Source: a virus (taxonomy: Duplodnaviria; Caudoviricetes). Taken from it: a stretch of DNA of 64,000 nucleotides. The position numbers were made by a program, and so were the translations under genes. Within the stretch, counting starts at the first letter, position 1, and each line of letters starts with the position of its first letter. The stretch is from positions 1 to 64,000 of IMG/VR virus record IMGVR_UViG_2706796489_000001; one strand, given 5' to 3'. The notes below the pieces were generated by a model, which had not been told where the DNA came from, did no database searches, and saw only the letters and a program-made list of their open reading frames with translations. Shown here piece after piece: positions 36,181-45,306 of the stretch.

Positions 36181-37794
36181 ATGCGCAACATCATCGCAAC
36201 CGAATTGAGCCGTGCCGGCGCTGCCCAGAACGCGGTGGTGCTGGCCAAGGGCTTCATGAAGTTCCTGGACCGGCACACGGGTCTTGACCCGGATACTGGC
36301 CCCGCCGCCAACGTCGTCATCAACCCGATGGGCATTGCCGCACACAACCTCCAGAACGCAATCTCCGCGCTGGGCTGGCCAGGCGGCGCGGCCTGGGCCG
36401 ACCACAACGTGGACTTGATCCAAGGCTACTTCTTCATGTGGCAGGCCACGGGAGATCGCCTCTACTTCGACCGCTTCCTGGCGGCGGTCGATGGCTACCG
36501 CGTGGGCTTCTACGCCGGCCAGGAGATCCCGAGCCAGCGCAGCATCTGGCGCGCCAACTACCTGCTCAACAGCAAGCGCCTGTACACGAACAGCGGCCAG
36601 ACGGTGCCGCGTGGCGCGCCGTTCGACGTGCCTGGTGGCATCCCCACGCCCGTGGCCAACCCCAGCTCGGCCACGATGGGGAACTTCCCGCGCACCGACC
36701 TGAAGTTCGCGGAGATCCTGACGCTGGCCTATCCGAAGACCCAGCGCCAGGACCACCAGGCCATGCCGCCCTCGGTCTTTCTGACCGTGACCGATTTCGT
36801 GTCCAACCTGCGCGACGGCAACGGCGGTGTAGCGCTGCCCTACACGCCTGGTGCTGCACCCGCGAGCCTCGGTGCTTCGCCGCGCCTCATGCGCCGCGAC
36901 AACTGGTCCGGCATGTGCGACACGGCCTATCAGCATCCGGCGACCTACGCGCTGCTGGGCGCGGAAGCCGAGTACCTGAACGTGGCCCAGATGTACAACG
37001 ATAGCCAGCTGGCCTACCGCGACAAGTCCGGCATCCTCGGTCCTTTCGCCACGCGGTTCAACTGGAACCGGCCGGACAACACGGCCGGCGTGAACGTCTG
37101 GACCATGACCGACCGGCCCGAGGACAATGCCGCGACCTTCTACGGCGCAGCGCGCTTGTGGGAAACGATGGTGGTCAATGGCATCACGCCGCCTGTGACG
37201 TTGACCGCGACGTGCCAGCAGTACGTGACCTGGCTCACCAGCTTTCTCCAGGCGAACGCGGGCAAGACCCCGAACGTCTTTCCGACGAACTGGGCCGCGC
37301 CTTCGACTACGGGGGACGACGCGACCATCGCGGCCCTGCATCTGTCTGGTGTGGTGAGCATGGCGCGTGCTGGCGTGGCCACGAGCGCGTTGGCCGGCTT
37401 GATGCGAGCTTGCTACCTCTCGATCAAGGCCAACTACACCAAGATGGACCCTTCCTCGACGCACGCGGACATGAGCGGGACCATCGGTCCTGATCCGTCG
37501 CAAGGCTACTTCTTCACGGGAGTGGGCGGCATCGTCCTGCGAGCGCTGGGCCAGTACGCATCGTGGGCGACTCGTCGTGCTCCGGCGTTCACGCGCCCCG
37601 TGGTGCAAAGCCGATTCTTGCTGGAATCGGGCGCGGGTCGCATCCGCCTGGTAGATGGAAACCGAATCATGAAGGAACAGGGCTACGTGCCGAAGCCTCC
37701 TGTGGTCAAGTTCCGGTTGATGCTGGAAGGCGGGGACTCGGCGCTACTACGCCAGCCGGCAAGCGGCACTGGCAACCTGATGCTTGAGCCATAA
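36181..37794 (+). CDS. hypothetical protein, possible (alpha/alpha) barrel carbohydrate-active virion protein
   Basis: YFFMWQATGDRLY-type helical repeats and two C-terminal (F/L)xLE(S/G)G motifs. Start placed at ATG 36181. Confidence 0.6.
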   Translation: MRNIIATELSRAGAAQNAVVLAKGFMKFLDRHTGLDPDTGPAANVVINPMGIAAHNLQNAISALGWPGGAAWADHNVDLIQGYFFMWQATGDRLYFDRFLAAVDGYRVGFYAGQEIPSQRSIWRANYLLNSKRLYTNSGQTVPRGAPFDVPGGIPTPVANPSSATMGNFPRTDLKFAEILTLAYPKTQRQDHQAMPPSVFLTVTDFVSNLRDGNGGVALPYTPGAAPASLGASPRLMRRDNWSGMCDTAYQHPATYALLGAEAEYLNVAQMYNDSQLAYRDKSGILGPFATRFNWNRPDNTAGVNVWTMTDRPEDNAATFYGAARLWETMVVNGITPPVTLTATCQQYVTWLTSFLQANAGKTPNVFPTNWAAPSTTGDDATIAALHLSGVVSMARAGVATSALAGLMRACYLSIKANYTKMDPSSTHADMSGTIGPDPSQGYFFTGVGGIVLRALGQYASWATRRAPAFTRPVVQSRFLLESGAGRIRLVDGNRIMKEQGYVPKPPVVKFRLMLEGGDSALLRQPASGTGNLMLEP

Positions 37795-37795
37795 G

Positions 37796-37825
37796 AAAAA
37801 GCCCCGGATCTCTCCGGGGCTTTTT
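37796..37825. terminator. bidirectional terminator at the convergence point
   Basis: AAAAAGCCCCGGA-TCTC-TCCGGGGCTTTTT. Confidence 0.9.
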
Positions 37826-37834
37826 CATTCACGC

Positions 37835-39127
37835 TTAGACGATGATGTGTCGCCGGATCGTGAGTTGGGCAATCTGCACCCAGATCTCGCTGTCGATGTC
37901 GGTGATGTTGGAGTTGCCCAGCAGCACCTGGAGGTGCGCCGCGTTCTCCGGCACCACGACCGAAAGGATGATGGTTCCATCTTCCTCGTCCAGCCCGTTG
38001 GTGGCCATCAGGAACTCGGTCGTGACCCCGCCCCAGCTGGAGTTGGCATAGTAGAGCGCCAGCATGTTGTTCCAGCTACCATCGGGGAGCGTGGTCGGCG
38101 TGCTGGTGGCCTTGAGCTTGACGCGCACCGTGATGTCCAGGATCTCACCCGGAGTCACGTCCATCGCGCCGATGGTGGCCGGCGAGGACTCCCCGGCCGA
38201 ACTCAGGCGCGCCACACGTTGCCAGCGGCCCCGGATGTCGGGGTCATTGGCCACCAGCGTGCAGATGCCATCCGGGCCGGGGTTCACGCCAGCGGCGGCG
38301 CCTGCGGTTCCGCTGTCGGTGGCGAACAGCCCACCCGGGAAGACGTTGTACGGGTCGTTGTCGTAGGTCGTCAGCGCCGTCACACCATCGGCTTCTTGCA
38401 GCGCGCCCGCGAACTTCGGATCTTTCAGCGCGTAGGCCGCGAGCAAGCCGCAACCATGCGCCGTCAGGTGGGTCAGATCGTAGGAGGCCTTGACCGGAAA
38501 GATCTTCCAGCCCGTGGGATCTTGCAGCGCGGCGTTCGCGTCGATCATCGGGTAGCCGGTCTGGTTGCGCAGCATCTGGATCTTGTAGTTCCAGCGCGTG
38601 AGCGTGGCTTCGCTACCCGGCAAGTCCCCACGCGGCGGCACGGTCCACAGCACGGGCTTGATGCCGACGCTGTCGAGCGCGGCGCACATCCGCTTGACGG
38701 CGGCGATGCCGTCGTCCACGGCGGTGTTGTCCTGGAAGTTGTTGGAGCCGACCGCGATCACGCACAGGCGCGGCGGCGGGTCCATGGCCAACACGCCGCT
38801 CAACTGCGTGCTCTCGGCCTGCTGGGCGGTCTGGCCACCAACAGCGTTCTCGCCCCGGAAGCGCAGGCGCTGGTGCGAGAGGAAGCACAGGCGGTAGAGC
38901 CAGCCCTTGCGCTGGACGCGACCGTCAGCGGTGAGGGAATCCCCGATGGCCGTGATGCCGATGTGCTGGCGCGTGGTGCCGTAGGGGGCTTGGGTCTTGA
39001 CGTAGGTGGAGAGGACGGATTCAGGCACGTTGGCGTTCTTTTCAGGGTTGCCATTCAGCGCAACCAGACGAGTCGTCGGGCCGATGCTGGTGACATTGGG
39101 TTGCTGGGAGAGGTATTCATCAGCCAT
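37835..39127 (-). CDS. SGNH/GDSL hydrolase with a C-terminal carbohydrate-binding-like domain
   Basis: IGDSLT (block I), AVGG (II), VGSNN (III), DLTH (V); beta-rich C-terminus. Confidence 0.85.
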   Translation of the reverse strand: MADEYLSQQPNVTSIGPTTRLVALNGNPEKNANVPESVLSTYVKTQAPYGTTRQHIGITAIGDSLTADGRVQRKGWLYRLCFLSHQRLRFRGENAVGGQTAQQAESTQLSGVLAMDPPPRLCVIAVGSNNFQDNTAVDDGIAAVKRMCAALDSVGIKPVLWTVPPRGDLPGSEATLTRWNYKIQMLRNQTGYPMIDANAALQDPTGWKIFPVKASYDLTHLTAHGCGLLAAYALKDPKFAGALQEADGVTALTTYDNDPYNVFPGGLFATDSGTAGAAAGVNPGPDGICTLVANDPDIRGRWQRVARLSSAGESSPATIGAMDVTPGEILDITVRVKLKATSTPTTLPDGSWNNMLALYYANSSWGGVTTEFLMATNGLDEEDGTIILSVVVPENAAHLQVLLGNSNITDIDSEIWVQIAQLTIRRHIIV

Positions 39128-39233
39128 TTAGGCGACTCCATCGGGTTAAGGCCGTTGGCCGGATAGCGGATAGGTGCAAGGATTTTACTTCGGAGACCGA
39201 GAAGGTGTAAGGATTTATCATGCGCGAAACGAC

Positions 39234-39263
39234 AAAAAGCCCGCCACCGAAAGGTGGCGGGCT
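39234..39263 (-). terminator. rho-independent terminator
   Basis: Minus strand reads AGCCCGCCACC-TTTC-GGTGGCGGGCT-TTTT after the kinase gene. Confidence 0.88.
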
Positions 39264-39276
39264 AGGGGTTGAACCG

Positions 39277-39900
39277 CTACGACGCCAGCACTTCGGCGTA
39301 GATGCGGTTCATGGCGGCGCGCAGTTCGTCTTGCTCGTTCTTCTGGTTGATGATGACGTGATCGAACAGTTCATCGGGCAGCGGGATCTCGGAGACGTGC
39401 GACGTGTCCGGTTGAGGTGCCCACGGCGCGACGACCTTCACGAACGTCGTGTCGAACGTCTGCTCCAGCATGTCGTACTCGGTGCCGAAGCGAAGATCGT
39501 CCACGAGGATGACATGGCCAGGGCTGACACGATGATGCTGTTCGATCTTGAGCTGGGCCAGGCGCGTCCAGATGAGCGGGTGGATGAGGTTGCGCCCCCA
39601 CTCGGTTCCCATGGTTTGCTGGAGACGACGCGGCGTGATCCCGAACAGCTCCTTGATGGGGAGCGACTTCATCATCGCGTCTTCCATCGAGTGGATCGCC
39701 GCGTCAGGGGAATCCCCCATGTAGATCAAGAGCGTGGCCAGCATGTTCTTGATCGGCGCGGCGAACTTCACCACATCCAGGCCGTGCGCCGAGACCAGGT
39801 GCTTGGTTGAAGTGGTCTTGCCGTGGGAGGCCGCGCCATGGATGGCGATGACTTTGATGGGGCTACGACGTTCCCCAACAGCGCAGGTTGAGTCAGTCAT
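39277..39900 (-). CDS. deoxynucleoside monophosphate kinase
   Basis: P-loop HGAASHGKTT; PRRLQQTMGTEWGR; VDDLRF.TE. Start at ATG 39900, overlapping the thyX stop. Confidence 0.88.
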   Translation of the reverse strand: MTDSTCAVGERRSPIKVIAIHGAASHGKTTSTKHLVSAHGLDVVKFAAPIKNMLATLLIYMGDSPDAAIHSMEDAMMKSLPIKELFGITPRRLQQTMGTEWGRNLIHPLIWTRLAQLKIEQHHRVSPGHVILVDDLRFGTEYDMLEQTFDTTFVKVVAPWAPQPDTSHVSEIPLPDELFDHVIINQKNEQDELRAAMNRIYAEVLAS

Positions 39901-41215
39901 TACTCGACCCCCCAGAATCGCTCCCAGCGCCCGAACTGGACGAGGGAGAGGGGTCAGCTTGGGTGGAGCTGGAAAACGCATCCTGGATCTCCTGGAGCGG
40001 TTTGACGGGGGCGTCGTGAAAATGCGGGTCCAGCGGGTACGGATAGCCGCCTCGGCCCTTCGTTTCCGTCCTGATATCTTTGTGGAAAGTCAAGCCACCA
40101 TGGTCACTTGACTTCTCCAGCGATTCCTGAACACGAATCGCGCCGAACGGAAGGATGAACTCCGCGCCAGGCTGGCCGCTCAGGGGGTTGGGGTCGGGTG
40201 CGCCGACCGCCGATACCCGGCCGCGTGTGAACGTGGTGGTGATCGGCAGCTCGGCCGTTCCCAGGTTACGCAACACGTTCTGTTGCATGTGACGCTGGAC
40301 CAGCTCCTTGCCGCGAGCGTGCAGGGCGTGCTCTTCCGGCGACCAGCTGCGGCGCAGGATCATCGGCTGGTGGTTGGACGCGAGATCTCGCTGGAGCGCT
40401 TCAGCCTCGACCTGGTAGCGGTATTGCCGCCAGCCACGCAGGTTGCCGAACTGCATCTCGGTGCCGCCCATGGGCCGGCACTGGTGCTCGGTGGGCGACG
40501 AGTGAACCGGCCGCGACGAGACGAGATGGTCATGACGCTGGAACTCTTTGTCGTACTGCGCGTTGCCGTCGAACGGTGCAAAGCTCACGCGGGCGCAGCG
40601 CGCCGTCGAGAGCTTGAGCTGGCTGGCCAGCGGGATATCACGGCGTTCTTTCTCGGTGACGTATGGCAAGTGCCATTCATCGAAGCCCAGCGGGGTCGGC
40701 GTCGAGACATCGAGCGCCGTCATGATCTCGATGGCCAGATCCTGGATGGTCGGGTCGGCGTCAGGGTGGCAGCGCAGTTGTTCCCAGTTGCTCCAGTCGG
40801 TCGAAGTGACCAGCGTGTTCATGTACTGGTACGGCTCGGTGACGCGGTTGGCCACTTGCTTGTGCGCGCCCAGCTTCATCATGATCCACGAGCCGAAGGC
40901 CGAGATCTTGGCCAGCGCGAGCCAAGTAGCCTTCACGCCCCACAGTCGCCAGCCGGTCAGCTCTTCACCGGCCTGCATGCCGGGTTGATTGCGGCCCCAC
41001 GAGACCGGCGCGGCCGGCTCGCGGCGGATCTGCCGCAGCATCTTGGCAGTCGGGATAGCCCGCGACGAACCCGCGTTGCGGCTGAAGGCGCGGTGGGTCA
41101 TGAACTCGGCGTGAACGATGCGCGGATATCGCAGCGCCAGCGTGGTCACGCGGAGGCCAGCAGGCGAGATCGAATCTTCGATGACGACTGCGGTGATGGT
41201 AGGTTTAAGGTTCAT
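39893..41215 (-). CDS. thyX: flavin-dependent thymidylate synthase with a C-terminal extension
   Basis: RYPRIVHAEFMTHRAFSRNAGSSRAIP; HKQVANR..EP; STARCARVS; H.SPTEH. Confidence 0.9.
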   Translation of the reverse strand: MNLKPTITAVVIEDSISPAGLRVTTLALRYPRIVHAEFMTHRAFSRNAGSSRAIPTAKMLRQIRREPAAPVSWGRNQPGMQAGEELTGWRLWGVKATWLALAKISAFGSWIMMKLGAHKQVANRVTEPYQYMNTLVTSTDWSNWEQLRCHPDADPTIQDLAIEIMTALDVSTPTPLGFDEWHLPYVTEKERRDIPLASQLKLSTARCARVSFAPFDGNAQYDKEFQRHDHLVSSRPVHSSPTEHQCRPMGGTEMQFGNLRGWRQYRYQVEAEALQRDLASNHQPMILRRSWSPEEHALHARGKELVQRHMQQNVLRNLGTAELPITTTFTRGRVSAVGAPDPNPLSGQPGAEFILPFGAIRVQESLEKSSDHGGLTFHKDIRTETKGRGGYPYPLDPHFHDAPVKPLQEIQDAFSSSTQADPSPSSSSGAGSDSGGSSND

Positions 41216-41274
41216 ATGTCCTCTTGTTGAAAGACCCGCCGCCGCCCCGGGCGACGGGTGGCCTGCCGATGGGA

Positions 41275-41889
41275 TTACGACTCGGTGTGAGCAGCACCAT
41301 CCTTGTCGGCACGCGCTTCAGCCGCTTGGTCCGAGTAGCCGCTGGCGCCGTAGCGTGCGGTCTTGCCCGAGAGCAGCTTTTCGTTGTTGGCGATGAACAG
41401 CTGTTCGAGCGTGAAGCCCAGCAGCTCGGCGGTCATGTTGATGAGGTACAGCAGCTGGCCGAAGAGGATGGCCAGGTCGGCGCGGCCGTTGACCAGGTGT
41501 TCGTCCGAGCGCAGCGCCAGGCCGGCCAGCGCGCCCGTGACCGAACCCATCATGAAGGTCAGCTTGGCCAGGCGGTCGGTCAAGGTGTCTTCTTCCTGGA
41601 ACGCGATGGGGGCCATGATCATGCGCATGTCTTCGCCGGCCGCATCGAAGCCGATGCCGATGTACCAGCAGCTGTCGTGCAGCTCTTCGAACATGCCCTG
41701 GCGCGGCGTGGGTTCGCCTTCCTTGCGCGCCGTGTCGGCGTCCTTGCCGTAGATGGCCACGCGCTTGACCTGGCTGGCGAATTCACCGACCTCGGTGAAG
41801 CAGCCGATGATGGCATGACGCAGGCGCTTGGGCAGCGGGAACGGCTTCTCGGTTTGCAGAGCGCCTTGTTGGTAGGTTTTGATGTCCAT
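41275..41889 (-). CDS. mazG: MazG-like NTP pyrophosphohydrolase
   Basis: GCFTEVGEF...K; EELHDSCWY; N..KL..RY. Confidence 0.85.
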   Translation of the reverse strand: MDIKTYQQGALQTEKPFPLPKRLRHAIIGCFTEVGEFASQVKRVAIYGKDADTARKEGEPTPRQGMFEELHDSCWYIGIGFDAAGEDMRMIMAPIAFQEEDTLTDRLAKLTFMMGSVTGALAGLALRSDEHLVNGRADLAILFGQLLYLINMTAELLGFTLEQLFIANNEKLLSGKTARYGASGYSDQAAEARADKDGAAHTES

Positions 41890-42233
41890 TAGTATGCCTC
41901 TTTTTCAGCGGTGAACCACTTGGTTCTGGGTTGGGAGATAACGGGTACTGCGTACTGGATGATGTAGTCGCCATCACGCGCCTGCACCATCGAGATCTTG
42001 CCTTCATCGTGGGAGACACGCACCTTGGCAAGGATCGGTTGATCGACCTCCGGCCAGCTGCGCTCCCACGCCTTCTTGCGCGAGACGATGCGATGGATGT
42101 TGTCGGGAGCGCCCCAGCCCCGCATCGCTGTCTCTTTGATCACAGTCACCACCTCGGTGATCGTGACCCCCAATTGTTGCACTATGGTCTGGGGACCATA
42201 GCCCTTTTCAAGAAGTTGTTTTATGTTTGTCAT
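41889..42233 (-). CDS. hypothetical protein, possible N-terminal HTH
   Basis: ATGA-coupled to the SbcC-like gene; GYGPQTIVQQLGVT pattern. Confidence 0.65.
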   Translation of the reverse strand: MTNIKQLLEKGYGPQTIVQQLGVTITEVVTVIKETAMRGWGAPDNIHRIVSRKKAWERSWPEVDQPILAKVRVSHDEGKISMVQARDGDYIIQYAVPVISQPRTKWFTAEKEAY

Positions 42234-44242
42234 TGCTTCAACGGCAACTCGTAGATGTGATCTGCAATCGGCCGCTTGTGAGTTACCAGGATGACTTGCC
42301 GGATGTTGGGTGACAAGCGGCGCAGACACTCCGCAGTGAAGGCAGCTCGTTCCTCGTCCATCCCTTCGTCCACTTCATCCGCTTGGAAAGACGAGAAGAT
42401 GTTGTTGGTCATGATCTGCCCAAGGCCGATACGGATGGCCAAGTTGGCCACGGCCTTGCCCGAGCCGGACAACGTAGCGATGTCCGACCCATCAACCTGG
42501 ATGTCAAAGTCCTCCGAGATGGTGATGTTGTTGCGAACGCCGCCCGTCATCTGAGAGAGCAAAAGGGACGACACCTGATTCAAGGAAGGCACCAAGAACG
42601 ACTTGATGACCACCTTGGCTTCCTGCACTGCCAGGCGGGCGCGAGCCAGCCCATCAGCTTCTTCCAAGATCGAATCTTTCAACGCGACCTTGGCTTCGTA
42701 GTCGGCCAGCGTGGTGGCGAACGCGGCGATCTCGATGTCGTATTGCTTCACATGCGCCAGGCGCGTGATCAGCGACTCGACCTCGGCTTCCGAGTTCTCC
42801 AGCTCCACCATGCGTGCTTGCTTGCGCGGGTAGTCGGCCATGAAGTTGTTGTAGACGCGCTGCTGTTCGTTGAACGAGACCATGGCCGCGTCGAACTCGC
42901 GGCGCGTGCGCAAGTCCGCAGCGCGATCCGGCATGGCTTCAAGACGAAGCGTCAGCTCTTCCAGCTCGACCATGGTCTCCGACAGCAGCTTGCTGGCCGC
43001 TTCCATGGCCTCTTCATACTCCAGCGAAGCCTGATTGAAGTCGGTCTCGGCCTTCGCCTCGTCGTACTCGTGCTGTTCCTTCATGCGCTCCCAACGCAAC
43101 GCATGATCCTTACCCAGCTGTTCGATAACAGCTTCGTTGGACACGACCTTGGCCTCGGCGTTGATCTGCGCCAGCGTGAGCGCCGGAGCTTCGCATTCCA
43201 CGACGGCCTTCCAGTCGGGGTGCTCCAGCTCTTCGGCCACCGGCCAGTGATGCGCGCAGGCGGGGCAGACGTGCTCACCGCGCTCGATCAGCTTCTGCTT
43301 GGACAGCCAGGCCTGGTGCTGGTGGTGCTGGGAGCGCAGCTCGTCCAGCTCGGCCGGCGTGTACTTCGGCACAACCAGCTCGGGCAGCTTCAGCTCGGGG
43401 AAGACCAGATCCGGCACCACACGCTTGACGGGCTTGGAGAGCGCGTCGCGGGCCTGCATGCGCCGTTGGGCGGTGGCGCTCGCCTCCAGCACCTGGCCGC
43501 GCAGCACCTGGCGCTCGTCAATCAGCAGCTGAAGGGTGTCCACCGTCTCCAGCACGCTGGAGACGGGCTGCTGCGGCTCGACAGGCACCGTGGCCAGCTC
43601 GGCCTTCAGGCGCCGGAACTCGTCCACCAGCGGGCGCGCCTGGGTCAGCTGTTCGACCAAGACCACTTCGGGCAAGTAGTCCTGGGGCTGCTGCGGCTCC
43701 TGCGGCCGGACCAGCACCTCGGCCATGCCCTCGGCGCGGCGGCGCTTCTCCAGCGCTTCCTTGCCCAGGTCATCAGCGATGCCGTCCAGGATGTGCAGGC
43801 CGATGGTCTGGTCCACCAGCTTCTTGCGCTCGGCCGGCAGCGAGTCCGACAGCTTCTCGATCTGGCCTTGCAGGCAGGCGTTGGCCATGGCGTAGACGGG
43901 GTAGCCGTAGCCGAACAGTTCCACGATGCGCTGGTTGACGGGCTTGGTGCCAGTGGCCATCGGCTCACCCGCGTTGTCGTAGATCGTGGCGTTCTTGAGC
44001 GTGCGTTCGACGCGGTAGCGGTTGCCCCGGGCCGTGAATTCCAGCTCGACGTTCAGGTCTTTCTTGTAGCCCGTGGCCGACACGCGCAGCGCCTGCACAC
44101 CCCACAGGGCGAAGGCGATCATCTCCAGGATGACCGACTTGCCGGACTCGTTCTTGCCGATGATCGCGGTCTGGCCTTCACCGAATTCGAGCGTGGTGTC
44201 GTCGTGGCGGTAGCCGTTCTGAATGCGGATCTTATGCAGCAT
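42230..44242 (-). CDS. SbcC/Rad50-like SMC ATPase
   Basis: Walker A GKNESGKS; coiled coils; CPAC zinc hook; LSGSG signature; ADEVDEGMD Walker B. Confidence 0.92.
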   Translation of the reverse strand: MLHKIRIQNGYRHDDTTLEFGEGQTAIIGKNESGKSVILEMIAFALWGVQALRVSATGYKKDLNVELEFTARGNRYRVERTLKNATIYDNAGEPMATGTKPVNQRIVELFGYGYPVYAMANACLQGQIEKLSDSLPAERKKLVDQTIGLHILDGIADDLGKEALEKRRRAEGMAEVLVRPQEPQQPQDYLPEVVLVEQLTQARPLVDEFRRLKAELATVPVEPQQPVSSVLETVDTLQLLIDERQVLRGQVLEASATAQRRMQARDALSKPVKRVVPDLVFPELKLPELVVPKYTPAELDELRSQHHQHQAWLSKQKLIERGEHVCPACAHHWPVAEELEHPDWKAVVECEAPALTLAQINAEAKVVSNEAVIEQLGKDHALRWERMKEQHEYDEAKAETDFNQASLEYEEAMEAASKLLSETMVELEELTLRLEAMPDRAADLRTRREFDAAMVSFNEQQRVYNNFMADYPRKQARMVELENSEAEVESLITRLAHVKQYDIEIAAFATTLADYEAKVALKDSILEEADGLARARLAVQEAKVVIKSFLVPSLNQVSSLLLSQMTGGVRNNITISEDFDIQVDGSDIATLSGSGKAVANLAIRIGLGQIMTNNIFSSFQADEVDEGMDEERAAFTAECLRRLSPNIRQVILVTHKRPIADHIYELPLKQ

Positions 44243-45242
44243 TGTGGCGCTCCTTGTACATGGCCAGCGTCTTGTCAGCGATGGCTTGCGGCACCTCGTG
44301 CTTGGCGAGGCAACGCGAGATAACGTCGATGGTGTCGAACGACTCGGCTTGGACGGAGATGTCCACGAAGTCCTCGCCGTTGTTCTGGATCAGCTTGGTG
44401 GTGATCGCCCAGGCGTCGATGGCGAAGTCCACCTTCTCGCCAGGCTTGAGCGCGATGCGCAGCGCCTTGTCATGGAAGAAGGTCGGATCTTCGGCCACCT
44501 TGGCGCGCACGTCTTCCAGCGCCAGGGTGATGTACTTCTCGCCATCCTGGTCTTCACCGTGGGAGTACGGCTGCATCGACCCGGTGTAGAGGATCTTCAC
44601 GTCGCCCATCTCGTACTCACAAGCATTGTGGTCATGACCCGAGACCAGGAACTTGCAGTACGGTCGCAGCTCGGTGAGCGGGATGCAGTTGTGCGGCTCG
44701 TCATCGAACGTCACGCGATCCCAGTGGCCCACGCACATATCGAATTCGTAGCCTTGCTCGGTGAGCAGCTTGGCTTGCTCACGCGAGTTGCGAAACGGAT
44801 GCCAGGGCAACAGGCCGATGCGCAGCACCGAGTCGTGGAACACCAGGATTTCGGGGTCGTCCTCGGTGATGATCAGGCGGTCGCCCGATTCGATCATGCG
44901 GGCCAGGATGGCATAAGACGACACCTTGCCCACGTCACGCGAGGCATCGTGGTTGCCACGAATCACGACGATGTGCAGGTCGTCATGGTTCATGTAGGCG
45001 TCCATGAGGACGTTGAAGAAGTCCATCACGACGGAGTTGGGGACGGCGAACTGGTCGAACACGTCACCCACGATGATGGCCACGTCCAGGCCTTCGGTGT
45101 TCAGCTCTTCTTCCAGCTGCACCCACTGGCTGGCTTCGCGCTCGCCACGGCGGTCCAGCGGAACGCCGGTTTCAAACTTGCGGCCAAGGTGGGGATCTCC
45201 GATCAACCCGATCTTCTTGCCATGCAGTTCAATGATCTTCAT
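44232..45242 (-). CDS. SbcD/Mre11-like metallophosphoesterase nuclease
   Basis: GDPHLG, GDVFD, GNHD, GHWD, GHDH motifs; start at ATG 45242. Confidence 0.92.
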   Translation of the reverse strand: MKIIELHGKKIGLIGDPHLGRKFETGVPLDRRGEREASQWVQLEEELNTEGLDVAIIVGDVFDQFAVPNSVVMDFFNVLMDAYMNHDDLHIVVIRGNHDASRDVGKVSSYAILARMIESGDRLIITEDDPEILVFHDSVLRIGLLPWHPFRNSREQAKLLTEQGYEFDMCVGHWDRVTFDDEPHNCIPLTELRPYCKFLVSGHDHNACEYEMGDVKILYTGSMQPYSHGEDQDGEKYITLALEDVRAKVAEDPTFFHDKALRIALKPGEKVDFAIDAWAITTKLIQNNGEDFVDISVQAESFDTIDVISRCLAKHEVPQAIADKTLAMYKERHNAA

Positions 45243-45257
45243 GTCTTGGTTTCCGGT

Positions 45258-45288
45258 AAAAAGCCCTCGGTGTTTTACGCCGAGGGCT
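45258..45288 (-). terminator. rho-independent terminator upstream of the SbcD-like gene
   Basis: Minus strand reads AGCCCTCGG-loop-CCGAGGGCT-TTTT. Confidence 0.7.
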
Positions 45289-45306
45289 GTACTGCGTTGT
45301 TGAAGG

